Origin: Octopus sinensis
Taxonomy: Eukaryota
Length of the DNA stretch: 64,000 bases
Assembly (NCBI RefSeq): GCF_006345805.1
Contig: NC_043000.1
Span: 90,706,001 to 90,770,000 of the forward strand
Direction: 5' to 3'
The stretch's first letter is position 1. Each line of letters opens with the position of its first letter. Below are positions 27,183 through 40,620 of this stretch, piece by piece. The notes under the pieces were generated by a model. The model worked only from the letters and a program-made list of their open reading frames with translations, was not told where the DNA came from and made no database searches. Made by a program: the position numbers and the translations under genes.

Positions 27183-27466
27183 TTTGATGATGATGATGAT
27201 GAAGAATAAGAAGAGAGATCATACAAAAGGAGGCACGTAAGATGCAGATAAACAAGCAGCACCATTAAAGTAACATAACAGATCCTTGAAAGAAATTCTC
27301 TTATCGACAACTAACTATTTATATGTACTAATACCAAAAGATTTTACAGGGACACTAAAATGGAAAACAAAGGAATGAAATTGAGAACGCTCCCGTAACA
27401 GAAATTTACGGACCCATATAAAGCGTTCCTCCTCCAACTACTCTGCCTATCTATCTGTGCATGCCT

Positions 27467-27793
27467 GTCAATGCGGCCATGCTGGAGCACTGACTTTAGT
27501 CGAACAAATTGACCCCAAGACTTAACCTTTGTATGCCTAGTACTTACCCTATCGGTCTCTTTTGCCAAACCGTTAAGTTACGAGGACGTAAAGATACCAG
27601 CATCAGTTGTCAAGCGATGATGAGGAGGGCAAACGCAGACACATAGACACACACACATATGTGACGGGTTTCTTTCAGTTTCCACTACAAGGCTTTGTTC
27701 GGCCCGAGGCTATAATAGAAGACATTTGTTCAAGGTTCCACGCAGTAGGACTGAACCCGGAACCATGTGGTTGGTAAGCAACCTGCTTACCAC
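27467..27793 (-). mobile_element. SINE AC
   Basis: Alignment to other copies. Confidence 0.85.
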
Positions 27794-28175
27794 GTACGTG
27801 CGTTACGCCACGACATTCATTGCGCTCGCCATAGCTAGCAATGCACTCGGCAAATACATTAAGAATTGTGGAAGCAATTAGAAAGTTCTTGGATTGACAG
27901 GGTCTCAAATATCTTGATGATGTACCCGACCGGTGAAGCATTCAGTAAACTCGTTAGAAGACCAGAGTGAACTTCAGAACAGCATCTGGAGGAAAAACAA
28001 TATAAGTTCTCCAAAAGAATAACATCTGGGTATTGCCAAATTAAGAGGCTAAAACTGTCTTAAGTTATCTCTACAGATATTGTATAAAGATTATAGCCAC
28101 GACTGATTTTGTTACATTTCATATACGAGACGCTAAATGTAAACTTACAATGAGACCGAAGATGAGAAAATGGGT

Positions 28176-28229
28176 AATGGGCGTGTATTACATGTTTCAG
28201 GAGTTTATGCTCCTTCATCAGAACCCATT
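28176..28229 (-). ncRNA. Type-I hammerhead ribozyme motif with canonical core
   Basis: Reverse complement: aatgggtt-CTGATGA-AGGAG-cataaa-CTCCT-GAAA-CATG-TA-atacacg-cccatt; proximal stem I imperfect. Confidence 0.65.
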
Positions 28230-29098
28230 CAACCCATTAATCATCCACGAACTCTTTGCTTAATTAGCCACTAAATGTTGTGGTGTAACGTTATTGGAAG
28301 CTGGGGCGTAGATATTAATGACTTGTAAGGGATACGGTGTTTAGATATACAACCAAAACATACTACAAAGTATATTAACGCATTACCTGTCATAAGCCCT
28401 ATTCGAGGATCTGCTAAAAACAGTCTCACTGCCGGTTGTTTGTTGTATTTAAACTGAATTGCTGATGTACATTGCATTTGCAGAGGTGTGTTTAACAATA
28501 TTTAGTAGTTAGAGTTTGTCATTATTTGCTCTGGTTAATTCTAGAACACATTTTATATTATAAATCGCAATTTTTGAACTGCAAAAATATTGAGTTTTGA
28601 AAACGTCTGTTCTTTTTTGAATTTCTTATCTATATCATTCATTGATATTTCATACACATTCGTATTTGATACTATAGTTTCAAGAAAAAAAAAATCTAAA
28701 ATGTTTATTATTGCAATTGAATAGAAAAGGGTTAATATGCTTTTTTTTTTCAACGATCCCCATTTGGGACTTTCCGAGAACTTTCTCATAATTTCCAAAA
28801 TAATTCCCTTATAAAGAAAATTTAAATACTGTTTATTATTTTAACTCCTCAGACATCTGGCAAAGCCAAAAAAAGATATGAATAAAAATAATTTGGCTGT
28901 TAATAGCTTAAAGACTCCTGTTAGTCAATACTGTGTTCTACGGTGTTATCAGTGCTCTTACGTTACTTGTTAAGGTTATCTCCGCAAATTTTCCATTGAA
29001 ATTTTAGCCAGCACTGATTTTGTTGCGATGCTTCGTATCTTACAAGCCAGGTGTAAACAAACAATGAGATCAAAGATGATTAATGGGTTGGGTATTCT

Positions 29099-29325
29099 TT
29101 TTCTTTCTCTTTTTACTTGTTTTAGTCATTTTGACTGCGGCCATGCTGGAGCACCGTCTTTAGTCAAACAAATCGACTCCAGGACTTATTCTTTGTAAGC
29201 CCAGTACTTATTCTATCGCTTAAACACACCAACATCGCTTATCAAGCAATGGTAGCGCGACAAACACAGATGCACACAGATACACACAAATACACACACA
29301 CACACACACACCCACACACACACAA

Positions 29326-29366
<41 letters not shown>

Positions 29367-29607
29367 GATATATATATACAACGGGCTTCTTTCAGTTTCC
29401 GTCGACCAATTCGTCTCACAAGGTTTTGGTCGGCCCAACGGTATCGTAGAAGACCCTTGCCCAAGGTGCAACGCACTAGGATTGAATCCAGAACCAGTAC
29501 TTATTCTATCGTTCCCTTTTGCAGAACCGCTATGTTACGGTGACGTAAACACAGACACACACAAATACAAACACGAATACGCGCACGCACACACATACAT
29601 ACATACA

Positions 29608-29676
<69 letters not shown>

Positions 29677-29973
29677 CGGGAAGGTTTACGAAAATAACCA
29701 AAAGACGAAGGCAGGTGGAGTACAAACAAACAAATGTATTAGTATGGCGCTCAGGAATAGAAATAGAACAAGTCTTTTACGTTTCGAGCCTACGCTCTTC
29801 GACAGAAAGATACATATATATATATGTATGACGGGCTTCTCTCACTTTTCGTCGACCAAGTCGTCTCACAAGGCTTTGGTCGGCCCGACGGTATAGTAGA
29901 AGACACTTGCCCAAAGTGCCACGCTGTAGGACTGAATCCAGAACCATGTGGTTTGGAAGCCACTCCTGCGCCT
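29099..29973 (-). mobile_element. Tandemly duplicated SINE AC; second copy carries a family-G insertion (29674-29812) in its microsatellite
   Basis: Both copies share private variants (gtcgaccaa.tcgtctcacaagg; gaatccagaacca); junction at ~29497. Confidence 0.8.
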
Positions 29974-30128
29974 ACAGGTGCTGATGTGGTAGCAAAAGCT
30001 CCTGAGATATATTATATACCCCATTACCCATTTTTTAATCTTCGGTCTCATTGTTTCAATACATAGATACATTATGAGTAATGTTGGTAGACGGACACAG
30101 TGTACAAGCACATCAAATATATATTGAT

Positions 30129-30537
30129 CTCTTACCTCTAGCTTGTTTCAGTCGTTAGACTACGGCCATGCTGGGGCATCATCTTGAAGAACTTTTAGTC
30201 GAATGAATCGACCCCAGAACTTATTTTGTTTTAGCCTGGTACTTATTTTATCGGACTCTTTTGCGAACCGTTAAAACATGGAGACGGTAAACACACTAAT
30301 ACCGGTTGTCAAGCAGTGGCCGGGGGACAAACGCAGACACAAAGACACATATACACGCACGCATGCACACACATACGCACACACATGCATTTATACAACA
30401 GGCTTCTATCGGCTTCAGTCTACCAAATCCACTGCGTCCTGAAGCAATAGTAGAAGAAACTTGTCTGCAGCGCCGCGCAGCGGGACTGAGCCCGGAACCA
30501 TATAGTTGGGAAGCAAACGTCTTATCACACAGCCACG
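30129..30537 (-). mobile_element. SINE AC
   Basis: Alignment to other copies. Confidence 0.85.
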
Positions 30538-30654
30538 ATTATGTATGTATGTGTGTGTGTATGCGTGTGGTGCATGTGTGTGTCAATATGTATATGCCTT
30601 TGTTTTACAGTTCTATATTTAAGAGATGAAAAATTATGTACATTATTTACATTA

Positions 30655-30866
30655 GGCGCAGGAGTGGCTGTGTGGTAAGTAGCTTGCTTACGAACCACAT
30701 GGTTCCGGGTTCAGTCTCACCGTGTGGCATCTTGGGCAAGTGTCTTATACTATAGCCTCGGGCCGACCAAAGCCTTGTGAGTGGATTTGGTAGACGGAAA
30801 CTGAAAGAAGCCCGTCGTATATATGTATATATATGTATGTATCTATGTATATAAATATATATATAT

Positions 30867-30929
<63 letters not shown>

Positions 30930-31142
30930 TGTGTCTGTGATTGTCCCCACCATCATCGCTTGACAACCGGTGCTGGTGTGTTTACGTCCCCGTAACTTAG
31001 CGGTTCGGCAAAAGAGACCGATAGAATAAGTACTGGGCTTACAAAGAATAAGTCCTGGGGTCGATTTGCTCGACTAAAGGCGGTGCTCCAGCACGGCCGC
31101 AGTCAAATGACTGAAACAAGTAAAAGAGTAAAAGAGTAAGAG
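30655..31142 (+). mobile_element. Full-length SINE AC (reference copy in this window)
   Basis: A-box-like tggctgtgtgg, B-box-like ggttcagtc, internal (TA)n(TG)n, body, (aaaagagt)n tail. Confidence 0.9.
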
Positions 31143-31937
31143 ATTGTTTAAATTATCTACAAATAAGATGAGGACAAACATCCGTCAAATGTAAATAATG
31201 TAAATAAGGTAAATAATTTGTTTTAGTCTCCACTGCTGTTATCCATTGTTTACGTCTCCGTAACGTTGCAATTCAGCAAAAAGTGTTCGATAGAATAAGT
31301 TCGAAACTTTAAAAGAATTAACACAGGGGTCACATTGATCGACTAAACACATGAGTGCGTCCCCAGCGTGTCTGCAGTCCAATATCTCTTAATATTGAAT
31401 TAATACCTTCTTTATGTGTATTGAGTATTTATTTGAATACTACGAGATGGATACAGATAATTTGATTTCAGAAACGACCGCAAAAATATTGATTTGATTT
31501 CCTTTCTTGGCAGACCAACATCTCATATGCGTTTATTTTACATAAATAACATATTTTATAGGCTTTCGAGACTGAAATATAATCTTGATAAAATAAAACG
31601 CACTTCCTCTTCATGTCTACTTCTTGACGTTTGCTAACAAGTCGTGCATCCTTCGTGTAAGATTTTACTCATAATTATATTAAATGTTTAACAGTAGGGT
31701 AACGGATGAGTGGGACATCGATAGAACGTTTGGCAAGCAAGTCAGAAACCAAAATGAAAGCAACCTCAATTGCTTAGAGGGACAGATGTTTACCCTCTAC
31801 CAAATCGAAACTATCTAGATACATTCAGAACGTACTGATTGTGAAGAGAATGGTTATATTACACCCAGCTGGCCACGTCCTATTTGTATTCATGAGATGA
31901 GTATAAATAATAATAACAATATTGATTATAATATTGT

Positions 31938-32578
31938 GTGGAGGCGCGTGGCTTAGTGGTTAGGGTGTCAGCATCATGATCGTAAGATTCTGGTTTCGAT
32001 TCCTGGACCGGGCGATGCGTTGTATTCTTGAGCAAAACACTTCATTAAGGTGGCGAGCTGGCAGAAACGTTAGCACACCGGGCGAAATGCTTAGCAGTAT
32101 TTCGTCTGCCGTTACGTTCTGAGTTCAAATTCTGCCGAGGTTGACTTTGCCTTTCATCCTTTCGGGGTCGATAAATTAAGTACCAGTTACGCACTGGGAT
32201 CGGTGTAATCGACTTAATCTCTTTGTCTGTCCTTGTATGTCCCCTCTATGTTTGGCCCCTTCCGGGTAATAAAGAAATAATAATATTGATAATAAACTCT
32301 ACCGTCGAAGACAACATATGAATGTTCAGCTTTTTCCGGAGTATCTGTACAAATAATTTGTTTATCGTGATCAAGTGTTTATGCTGTACATTAGCTCACT
32401 TTCTCAATCAAATCAAGGTTGTCTGAACACGAGCACGTTGTATCATATGACAGGTGTCGAAGTGACCGCAGAGCAATGTTAGATGATGTGTTTTGTTCAA
32501 GAACACAGGGCACCACCCGGTCTAGGAATTGAAACCACGATCTCAAGATCGTGAATGCAACACTATAACCAGTAGGTC

Positions 32579-32609
<31 letters not shown>

Positions 32610-32780
32610 TAATAATAATTTCTACAAAAGGCACGAGGCCTGAAATTTGGAGGGCAGGTATTAGTCGATTACATCGACCCCGGTGTTTCTTGGAGGAATT
32701 TGAACTCAGAACATAAAGACGGACGATTTGCGGCTAAACATTTTATCCGGCATGCTAACGATTCTGCCAGCTCACCACCT
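31938..32780. mobile_element. SINE cluster: D head (+, 31938-32047), B (+, 32049-32279), D (-, ~32290-32578), B (-, ~32615-32777)
   Basis: Alignment to other copies in the window. Confidence 0.8.
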
Positions 32781-32857
32781 TAATAATAATAACAATAATA
32801 ATAGCAATAATAATAATGATAGTAATAATAAAATAATAATAATAATATTTATAATAC

Positions 32858-32905
<48 letters not shown>

Positions 32906-32906
<1 letters not shown>

Positions 32907-33483
32907 TACTGACAAATGGTACAAGCTCCACCCTTAGGGAGAATATATAACTATTCTTAGGATTTCCCTGTATATACTGACCGGACCATAAAAGCAAATA
33001 AACTGGATATTGTTGTGAAAGACCAAAACACTAAAATCTGTTTATTGATTAACATGAGCATACCCTGTGACCACAATATCTCGGCAAAAGGATTTGATAT
33101 GCTCAGAAAATATATAGATTTGCTAATCGAAATCGAAAAGATGTGGCATTTCAAGACGGTTACAATACCAATGATTGTAGGAGCACTTGGAATGATCAAA
33201 AAAGGAATTGAAAATCATCTAAGAATGATCCCTAGCTTACCATCCATGCAGGAAGTGTAAAATATTGTCTTAACTGGTACGTCACACGTATTGAGAAAAG
33301 CATTGACGCTGTGAATTTTCTTTCCTTTTTTCCTTCCTCTCTCTGCCCCCTTTTCTCTACCACATGACTTTGTAAATGAATAATCTGGTGTGTTTATTTT
33401 AATGTCTAACAATGTATACTGTACGTTTCTCTGCCCTAGGTGGCAGGAAGACACTTGACAAGAAATTGAAAGATGCTAATGAA

Positions 33484-33486
<3 letters not shown>
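32906..33486 (+). mobile_element. 5'-truncated R4/Dong-clade LINE: restriction-like endonuclease domain + 3' UTR
   Basis: KWY..HP...TDRTIKANKLDIVVKD...CLLINMSIPCDHNI...KYIDLLIEIEKMW...PMIVGALG...GTSHVLRKALTL* (stop 33312-33314); (TAA)n on both sides. Confidence 0.85.
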
Positions 33487-33574
<88 letters not shown>

Positions 33575-33577
<3 letters not shown>

Positions 33578-34126
33578 TGCCCTGATGCAGTACCAGGCAG
33601 TAGCTCTCATGGCTTCTGATCTTAACTGATTGGAAGTGTTATGCACATTTTGTCTTGATATAGAATATGGGCTACAGCAAACATTCTGCTCAATACCACA
33701 CATTTGCTTGTCAGTTGTTTGACCTTAACCAGTTGAGCATGTTCCTTAGTGGGTGACGATATGTGCATCTCTGATCACGAGCAGAAGTAGTGGGGGAGCG
33801 TCATAGCCATGAGTTGAGAGGGATTCTTTGGGGTTTGAATAATTCACCTCTGGAAACATGGGTGTTTCGTTCAACATCCTTAAACAACCCTTATTCAGGG
33901 AACTTTTGAGTGTGATGGGTTACTCGACCAGAAGAGCATTCTAACTGGGCCTCACCTGCAAGGTCATGTGCTGTTTATCTTGATATGAGATCACCATGTC
34001 GCGCACATATGGTTGTGATGCATGTGCCTAGTGTACCCTTATCAGACGGGTAGTCATGATGGGTATACTGGGCTTTGTATATTTTACCCCAGTGTCACTT
34101 TGATGGCATGCACTACTCTCTCACTC

Positions 34127-34128
<2 letters not shown>
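33575..34128. mobile_element. Unclassified ~550-bp non-coding element embedded in (TAA)n
   Basis: High-complexity block with sharp boundaries inside a TAA array; no ORF; resembles an octopus interspersed repeat from memory. Confidence 0.5.
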
Positions 34129-34170
<42 letters not shown>

Positions 34171-34187
34171 TGATGATGATGATGATG

Positions 34188-34254
<67 letters not shown>

Positions 34255-34694
34255 TAAATGAGCACCACTTAAAGGGAAATTTTGTTAGCTTATCTGGTAC
34301 AGAGACTCGATAACATATAGTATATGACACATGAAATGATGGTGATTACGATGATGATGTTGATGGACACACTAAAGTTCTCAAGTATCAGTTTTAATTC
34401 TATTTCTCTTCATCTTCGAAATCGAATTATTATTTGAACTTAATTTTGAACAACAACATCAAACTTGATCATATATATTCCATTGGTGATATCAAACTCT
34501 GTTTTTCTTGATCAGTAAGCGGAAGAAATGTACAGCCATATTACCATCGAAGTTGTAAAATCTCCAAGGATATTAGTAACGGAATTTTCGTTTCCAGCTT
34601 CTGCAAGCTGGAAGATAGACAGAATTAACGAACGCCCTTAGTTTTCTATCAGTTTCTTGCATGAGCTCTATTGTTTCATGATAATTGTTTTAAC

Positions 34695-34892
34695 TTAGGC
34701 ACACGGCCAGCAATTTTAAGAGTAGGTGATTAGATGATACCATCGATCGTAGTACGTGACTGGAATATTATTTTACCAGTCTGAAGTGATTAAAAGCGAA
34801 GTTGAGTTCGACGGGATTTGAACTCAGAACGCAAAGAGCCAGAACAAATGCCATAAAGCATTTCTTCGAACGCTTTAACGATTCTGCCATTC
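34695..34892 (-). mobile_element. Diverged SINE B
   Basis: gggatttgaactcagaacg...aacgattctgcca. Confidence 0.7.
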
Positions 34893-36117
34893 GATAAACT
34901 GTCTGGTAACCTCTTGTCTGATAAAATAATGCAAACTTGATTTTTTCTGCACTACATTGCTAATATTTCTATCTGGATACAACCGCATTTCAGGTTAAGA
35001 AAATTTATCTTCACAATTTCGTGATTTCAGGATCGATCCCAATGCAGGTCACCTTGAAGAAGTGCCCTCTACAATAACCATGGTTCGAATAAAGCATTGT
35101 GATTGATCTGGCTCCACCACCAACACCATTAGAACCACCAGCATCACCAGCATCTCCAGCATCACCTGCAACACTAGCTGGCTCTTGAGTGGATAGGTAC
35201 TGTCACCAGTGTCCACCATGGTGCAAACATACGGGCCACATCACAAGTGTGAGGATGACCTCACTTCCCCTCAATTTCAGACGCTGCCTTCTCTCTCTCT
35301 AACTAAGCAATAAAACACAGAACATCTCTTTGCGAATAGCGTTAATAAGCCTGGCTTAGGTCAACATATAATCTAGACTGAAGTGAAGCACATTTCCTTG
35401 ATATGTTTGCTCTTTAACGCTTTACAATTGTTCATATATTCTTTGGAAGAAAACAAGACAGATACGATCTCTTTCATTCTTAATATGATAAAAACTTGTT
35501 AACTATACAATATTATCAAATTAAAGTTAACAGAAATCCTGTTATTTGTTTTCCTATGTGTGAGCCTGTATTACACAAACTGTATCAGCATCATCATCGA
35601 TATGAAGGATTTTACGTATAAATGCTTTACCAATATCGTCAGGGTAGGATTCTAGTTTAAAACAGCACATGTCTCTCTTAAACATTTGAATCTTGCGCTA
35701 AATTAAAATGGAATGGACTGAATATGAAGTACATCGTCATTTTCGTAAATAAGGAACTCAATAGTTATGCCAAAGTATATTGTAACACATTGTAGGATTT
35801 GTAAATTATATGGGACAAAATGAGACAAAATGAAGTGAGTGAACTAAATATATGAGTACATGTGTATATGAGTATAAGTACTTGTGTACCTCACAGTAAA
35901 CGAGCTCATCTCCCAAAGACACAAAACATGATGCGGAAGCTTTGCTTGTCATTTATCTGCATTTTTAAATGTAGATAATCGCTCACTCACTCACTCACCC
36001 AACCAACCAACCAACCAACCAACCAACCAACCAACCAACCAACCAACCAGCCAGCCAGTCAGTCAGTCAGTCAGTCAGTCAGTCAGTCAGTCAGTCTGTC
36101 TGTCTGTCTGTCTGTCT

Positions 36118-36186
<69 letters not shown>

Positions 36187-37226
36187 CATGTATAGATAGC
36201 TGTGTGATTTTGAAGCAGAACACACTGGCCCAAGGCGCCTCTCACCGTTACGTAGCTGTTCGACAAAATAGACCGATAAAATAAGCACCAGACTTAGAAA
36301 GTAGTGGGGTTGAATTTTTCGATTAAACACGTCAAGGTGGTGCTTCAGCCTGGCAGGAGCCTAATGATGCAAACAAGTAAAAAGATAGAAAAAATAATAC
36401 ATACACACATGTATGCATACTCATATGTTAATGAAATAACCGAACTGGTATGGGCTTTTGATCAGAAACATCATTGGCATTCCTTTCATTTATTAACCTT
36501 TAACCATTAGCCATTAACCACACAGTATACTTAATCAAAAAACGGTCTTAATGGAGGAAATATTCTCACCGCCCTTTTGACGAAATACAGAATCAAAGAA
36601 ATTTTGTGAAATGCTGGTGACTGAATTGCGTTCATTTGCATCTCGTACTATATTTCAAGTGATTGTGTATGTACATCTAGACTTCACACTAATTTTCAAG
36701 TGAAGAGAGAAAGTCTGTATCCAAACTTCACATTACTTTTCTAGTCAAGATAGATATATTACCTTTACAAATCCAGGAAGTAATTCATATTGATCTGAGA
36801 TGTTTCAATTTCTCGAATAAGCATTTCGATGAAATGCCGTTCTTGACCTTTACTGACGAATCAAGAGAACAGCACAGAAGGCGGCTAACTGCTGTATAAA
36901 CACTAGTTTTAGACTTACCGTCTTAATGATAATATTCTGTCAGTCATAGAATGTTTCTAATGCGTTGCTAGTACCGCTTCAATGTTGGAGACCAAACATG
37001 GAGTAAATAGATAGCGAGACGACCTTGGAATAAACAAGAAGAAAGAAAGGAAGGAGAGAGGGGAGCAAAACGGTAATCATCAGTGAGAGAGAGTGGGAGG
37101 GAGGGAGAGAGAAAGAGAGAGCATGAAATGTATTGTATCAGTTTTCTTAAGTACTAGTAGTCCTGGAGACTTAGCACCATTTAAATATCTGAGATTATTC
37201 AAGATGGCTCTTATTTTAATTTTCAG

Positions 37227-37281
37227 GTCACTACAAGAATATAAAGCTGCATCATATTCATATTCCGTTGCCGCAGTTCTG
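37227..37281 (+). other. Candidate 55-nt exon
   Basis: Acceptor tcttattttaattttcAG, donor CTG|GTATGT; two open frames (GHYKNIKLHHIHIPLPQF or SLQEYKAASYSYSVAAVL); no homology recognised. Confidence 0.3.
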
Positions 37282-37797
37282 GTATGTTTCCAACGATTTC
37301 CTTAGTAAATACACTGCAGAAGAATTGCTTCTGAACTTCAACATTTTAATCTAAAAAAAAAAGAAAAAAGAAAAAAAAGATAAATAAAAAGAATAACAAA
37401 AATAAAAGTAGAAAATAAGAAATAAAATGTATAAAATATCTGTAAAAATATTTACATGAAGCATGTATGATATACATATAATTTATTGCTATTACTATTA
37501 ACCGAAATCAACTCAAACTGAGAAGTTATTCATTTTCTATTAAAGAAAACTAACAGCAGTAATCATTTCTCCGCCAAACTATCATATTAATACTATAAGT
37601 TATGAGGGACTTGTCTCTTCTTTTTTTTTTTTAAAAAAATATTTATTTCAAAAGTATAGTTGACTAATAAATCAAACACTTCAACAGAATGTTTCCTTCT
37701 CAAATTATCAATTGGATAAACATTAAAAAGAAATATATTGTATCAAATATCGGTCGCCATAACAAGTAAAATATAAAAGAAATAAGAAAAATTACAA

Positions 37798-37833
<36 letters not shown>

Positions 37834-37962
37834 GTGTGTATGTATATGTATGTATATGTATGTATGTATATATATGCATATATACATATATATATATATA
37901 TATAATATATATATATATATATAGACATATATATATACATACATATGTATAAATATATATTT

Positions 37963-38003
<41 letters not shown>

Positions 38004-39428
38004 AGAAACTTATACACACACACGCACATCCATATATGTATTATTAAATGTCAAAAAACAGAATCATCACAATCATAATGATGAAAATAATAACAATAAT
38101 CGCTATTTTTATCATTATTATTATCATTATTATTAATATTACTATAACTCTTCATCTTCTTCTTCTTCTTCTTCTCTTCTTCTTCTTCTTCTTCTTCTTC
38201 TTCTTCTTCTTCTTCTCCTCCTCCTTCTAATTATTATTATTATTATTATTATTATTAGTAGTAGTAGTAATAGTAGTAGTAGTAGTAGTTTAAAGAATTA
38301 TGTTGTAGCTGTTCTACACATAAATAACAGTCGGATTGCCATTAAAAACAGATGTGGTATCGAAATATATCAATATCGGTCAGATAGTAATTTGGAATAA
38401 ATAAATAAATAAATAAATAAATAAGTAAATAAACCTACGCAAAACTAGTAAACATAAGATATAAAAAGCTAACATTGTACGCCGTAATGTTAACGTCTAT
38501 ATACATAGGTCCGTTTATTAGTTACATAGTCAATACATATTTAATAAATAAATAAAATTTTAAAAAAAGAAGCTTCCATGATGATCGTGTAAATACCGGT
38601 CATCGTATGCTAACAGAATGTTGGAGGCTTCTGGTAAATAGCCATCATACAGAAAATATATTTCATCTGGTCCACATCTTTCTTTTAAATTCTTTTGCCG
38701 ATGGAAAGGTTCGATCACCTAAACAGCTAATCTGTTTCTTCTCAGCGAAGCAATATCAGTTCAACGCGGTGTATCTGTTACAGTCCTCATTCACGTCATT
38801 ATGAGCTATTATCATCATACTTGTGGCTATGGCGAAAGAATGTATCTGATGGACGCGTCTGAAAGGATTAGAGACAAATATTTTCCTCTCTGGTCAATCT
38901 CTCATCAACTTCTTCAAGTATCACTTGAAAAAGAAAGTGAGAGTAGAGAGGCAAGTTTTGTCTAGCGAATGTTTCAAAAAAAAAAAAGATGGGTGAATGT
39001 AGCAAGGATGGCACGTATGAATGACGAAGCCACCTTGAGCATGGCCCTATGAACCCGGAAAAATTTAAAACAGAGAGTTACTTACTTGCAAATAAATGTA
39101 TTAACATGTGACATTACTGCCCGAGGTTACCATGGTCTTTTCCCAAGGCTTTTCTTTCCATGGATAAACCTTATCTCTTTCCCCCTTTACACTTTACATC
39201 ATGACATTTCTGTAATACACGATCCCTATTGATCGTTTTTTATTTCCTTTTTACGATTCCTTTTGATCGAAAACCTACCCCATTTCTTTTCTTTTTTTCC
39301 CCCCCAAGAAAAGAAAAGCTCTACGTTGTAATTTGTCCGGTCTGTGTTCAGCCGTGTGTGGTTAATAAAGAAACATTATAGAAAATTACTGTGTCGTTAG
39401 TTGTAGGCTTCCGATAAGTCAATCATTA

Positions 39429-39808
39429 TTTCTTTTATTCTTTTACTAGTTTCAGCCATTTAGACTGTGCCCATACTGGTGTTAGTCGAACAAATCAACC
39501 CCCGACCTCATTATTTGTAAGCCAAGCACTTATTCTAACGGTGTGTTTTGCCGAACCGCTAAGTTACGGGGACATAAACACATCAGTATCGGTTGTCAAG
39601 CGATGATGGGGGGAGGACAAACACACACACACATACACACGTATACGACTGGCTTCTTCCAGTTTCCGACTACCGAATCTACTCACAGGGCTTTGGTCAG
39701 TTCGAGACTATACTAGAAGACACTTGCCGAAGGTGCCACGCACTGGAACTGAACCCGGAAGCATGTGGCTGGAAAGCATGCTTTTTACTACACAACGACC
39801 CCTGCGCC
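39429..39808 (-). mobile_element. SINE AC
   Basis: Alignment to other copies. Confidence 0.85.
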
Positions 39809-39924
39809 TATACATTCGGTACAGAATAAAAATCGTAAGCTATTTCGTTCAGAGAGTAAAGTTTACCTGGTTTCCTTTCTATCTTACTCATTAATATATA
39901 TTGTCGGAAGATTTAGACATGCCC

Positions 39925-40096
39925 AGTTTTCCTTCCTTCCTCCCTTCCTTCCTTCCTTCCTTCCTTCCTTCCTTCTTTCCTTCCTTTCTTTCTTTCTTTC
40001 TTCTTTTCTTTCTTCTTTCCTACCTTCCTTCCTTCCTTCCTTCCTTCCTTCCTTCCTTTCTTTCTTTCTTTCTTTCTTTCTTTCATTTTTCTTTCT

Positions 40097-40145
<49 letters not shown>

Positions 40146-40160
40146 TGTCTTCCTTTCTTT
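39925..40160. repeat. (TTCC)n/(TTTC)n tetranucleotide repeat
   Basis: Direct reading. Confidence 0.95.
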
Positions 40161-40164
40161 CTGT

Positions 40165-40364
40165 GCGCCACCCTGAACTGGAAGCATACTCTTGTGGAAC
40201 CCACTTGATAGTGATGTAAGAAGGAGCAAAAGTCGTCACGCTTACATCGACTACTTGATAGCAGACACTCACCTGGAATGTGTCTAGGACCTCAAGGCTG
40301 TGATCATGGACCGAGAAGTGTGACGGGCGGACTTTGTCGCTTTGATCTGGGTTGGAAACAGGCC

Positions 40365-40366
<2 letters not shown>
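40165..40366 (+). mobile_element. RTE/RTE-X-like LINE 3' end with (TAA)n tail
   Basis: LLWNP....R....AYIDYLIADTHL...DLKAVIMDREV resembles RTE-type ORF C-termini; followed by (TAA)n. Confidence 0.6.
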
Positions 40367-40421
<55 letters not shown>

Positions 40422-40519
40422 GATAATATATGTGTGTGGGTGTATGTGTGTGCGCGCGAATGTTTATGTGTATGTATGTCCTGTGTATGACCTTAAACTA
40501 ATACAGGTGGTGAGGTTTC

Positions 40520-40620
40520 AGCCCTTGAGTTTTGGGGTGCGTGGAGTGACCCCTTAATTACCATTGTTCCCAGATTCCTCCTAACTCTGCACAGTAGTAC
40601 CTGTCAGGGTCCTTTTTCCG
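40520..40620 (+). repeat. Interspersed repeat; second copy on minus strand at ~53030-53125
   Basis: g.ggagtga.ccc.t.aattac.....tcccagat...gt.cctgtcagggtcc shared between the two loci. Confidence 0.55.

Noticed and set aside
35105-35190. Pro/Ala- or Gly/Asp-rich mini-ORF
   Set aside because: Degenerate 9-mer/triplet repeat without splice support.
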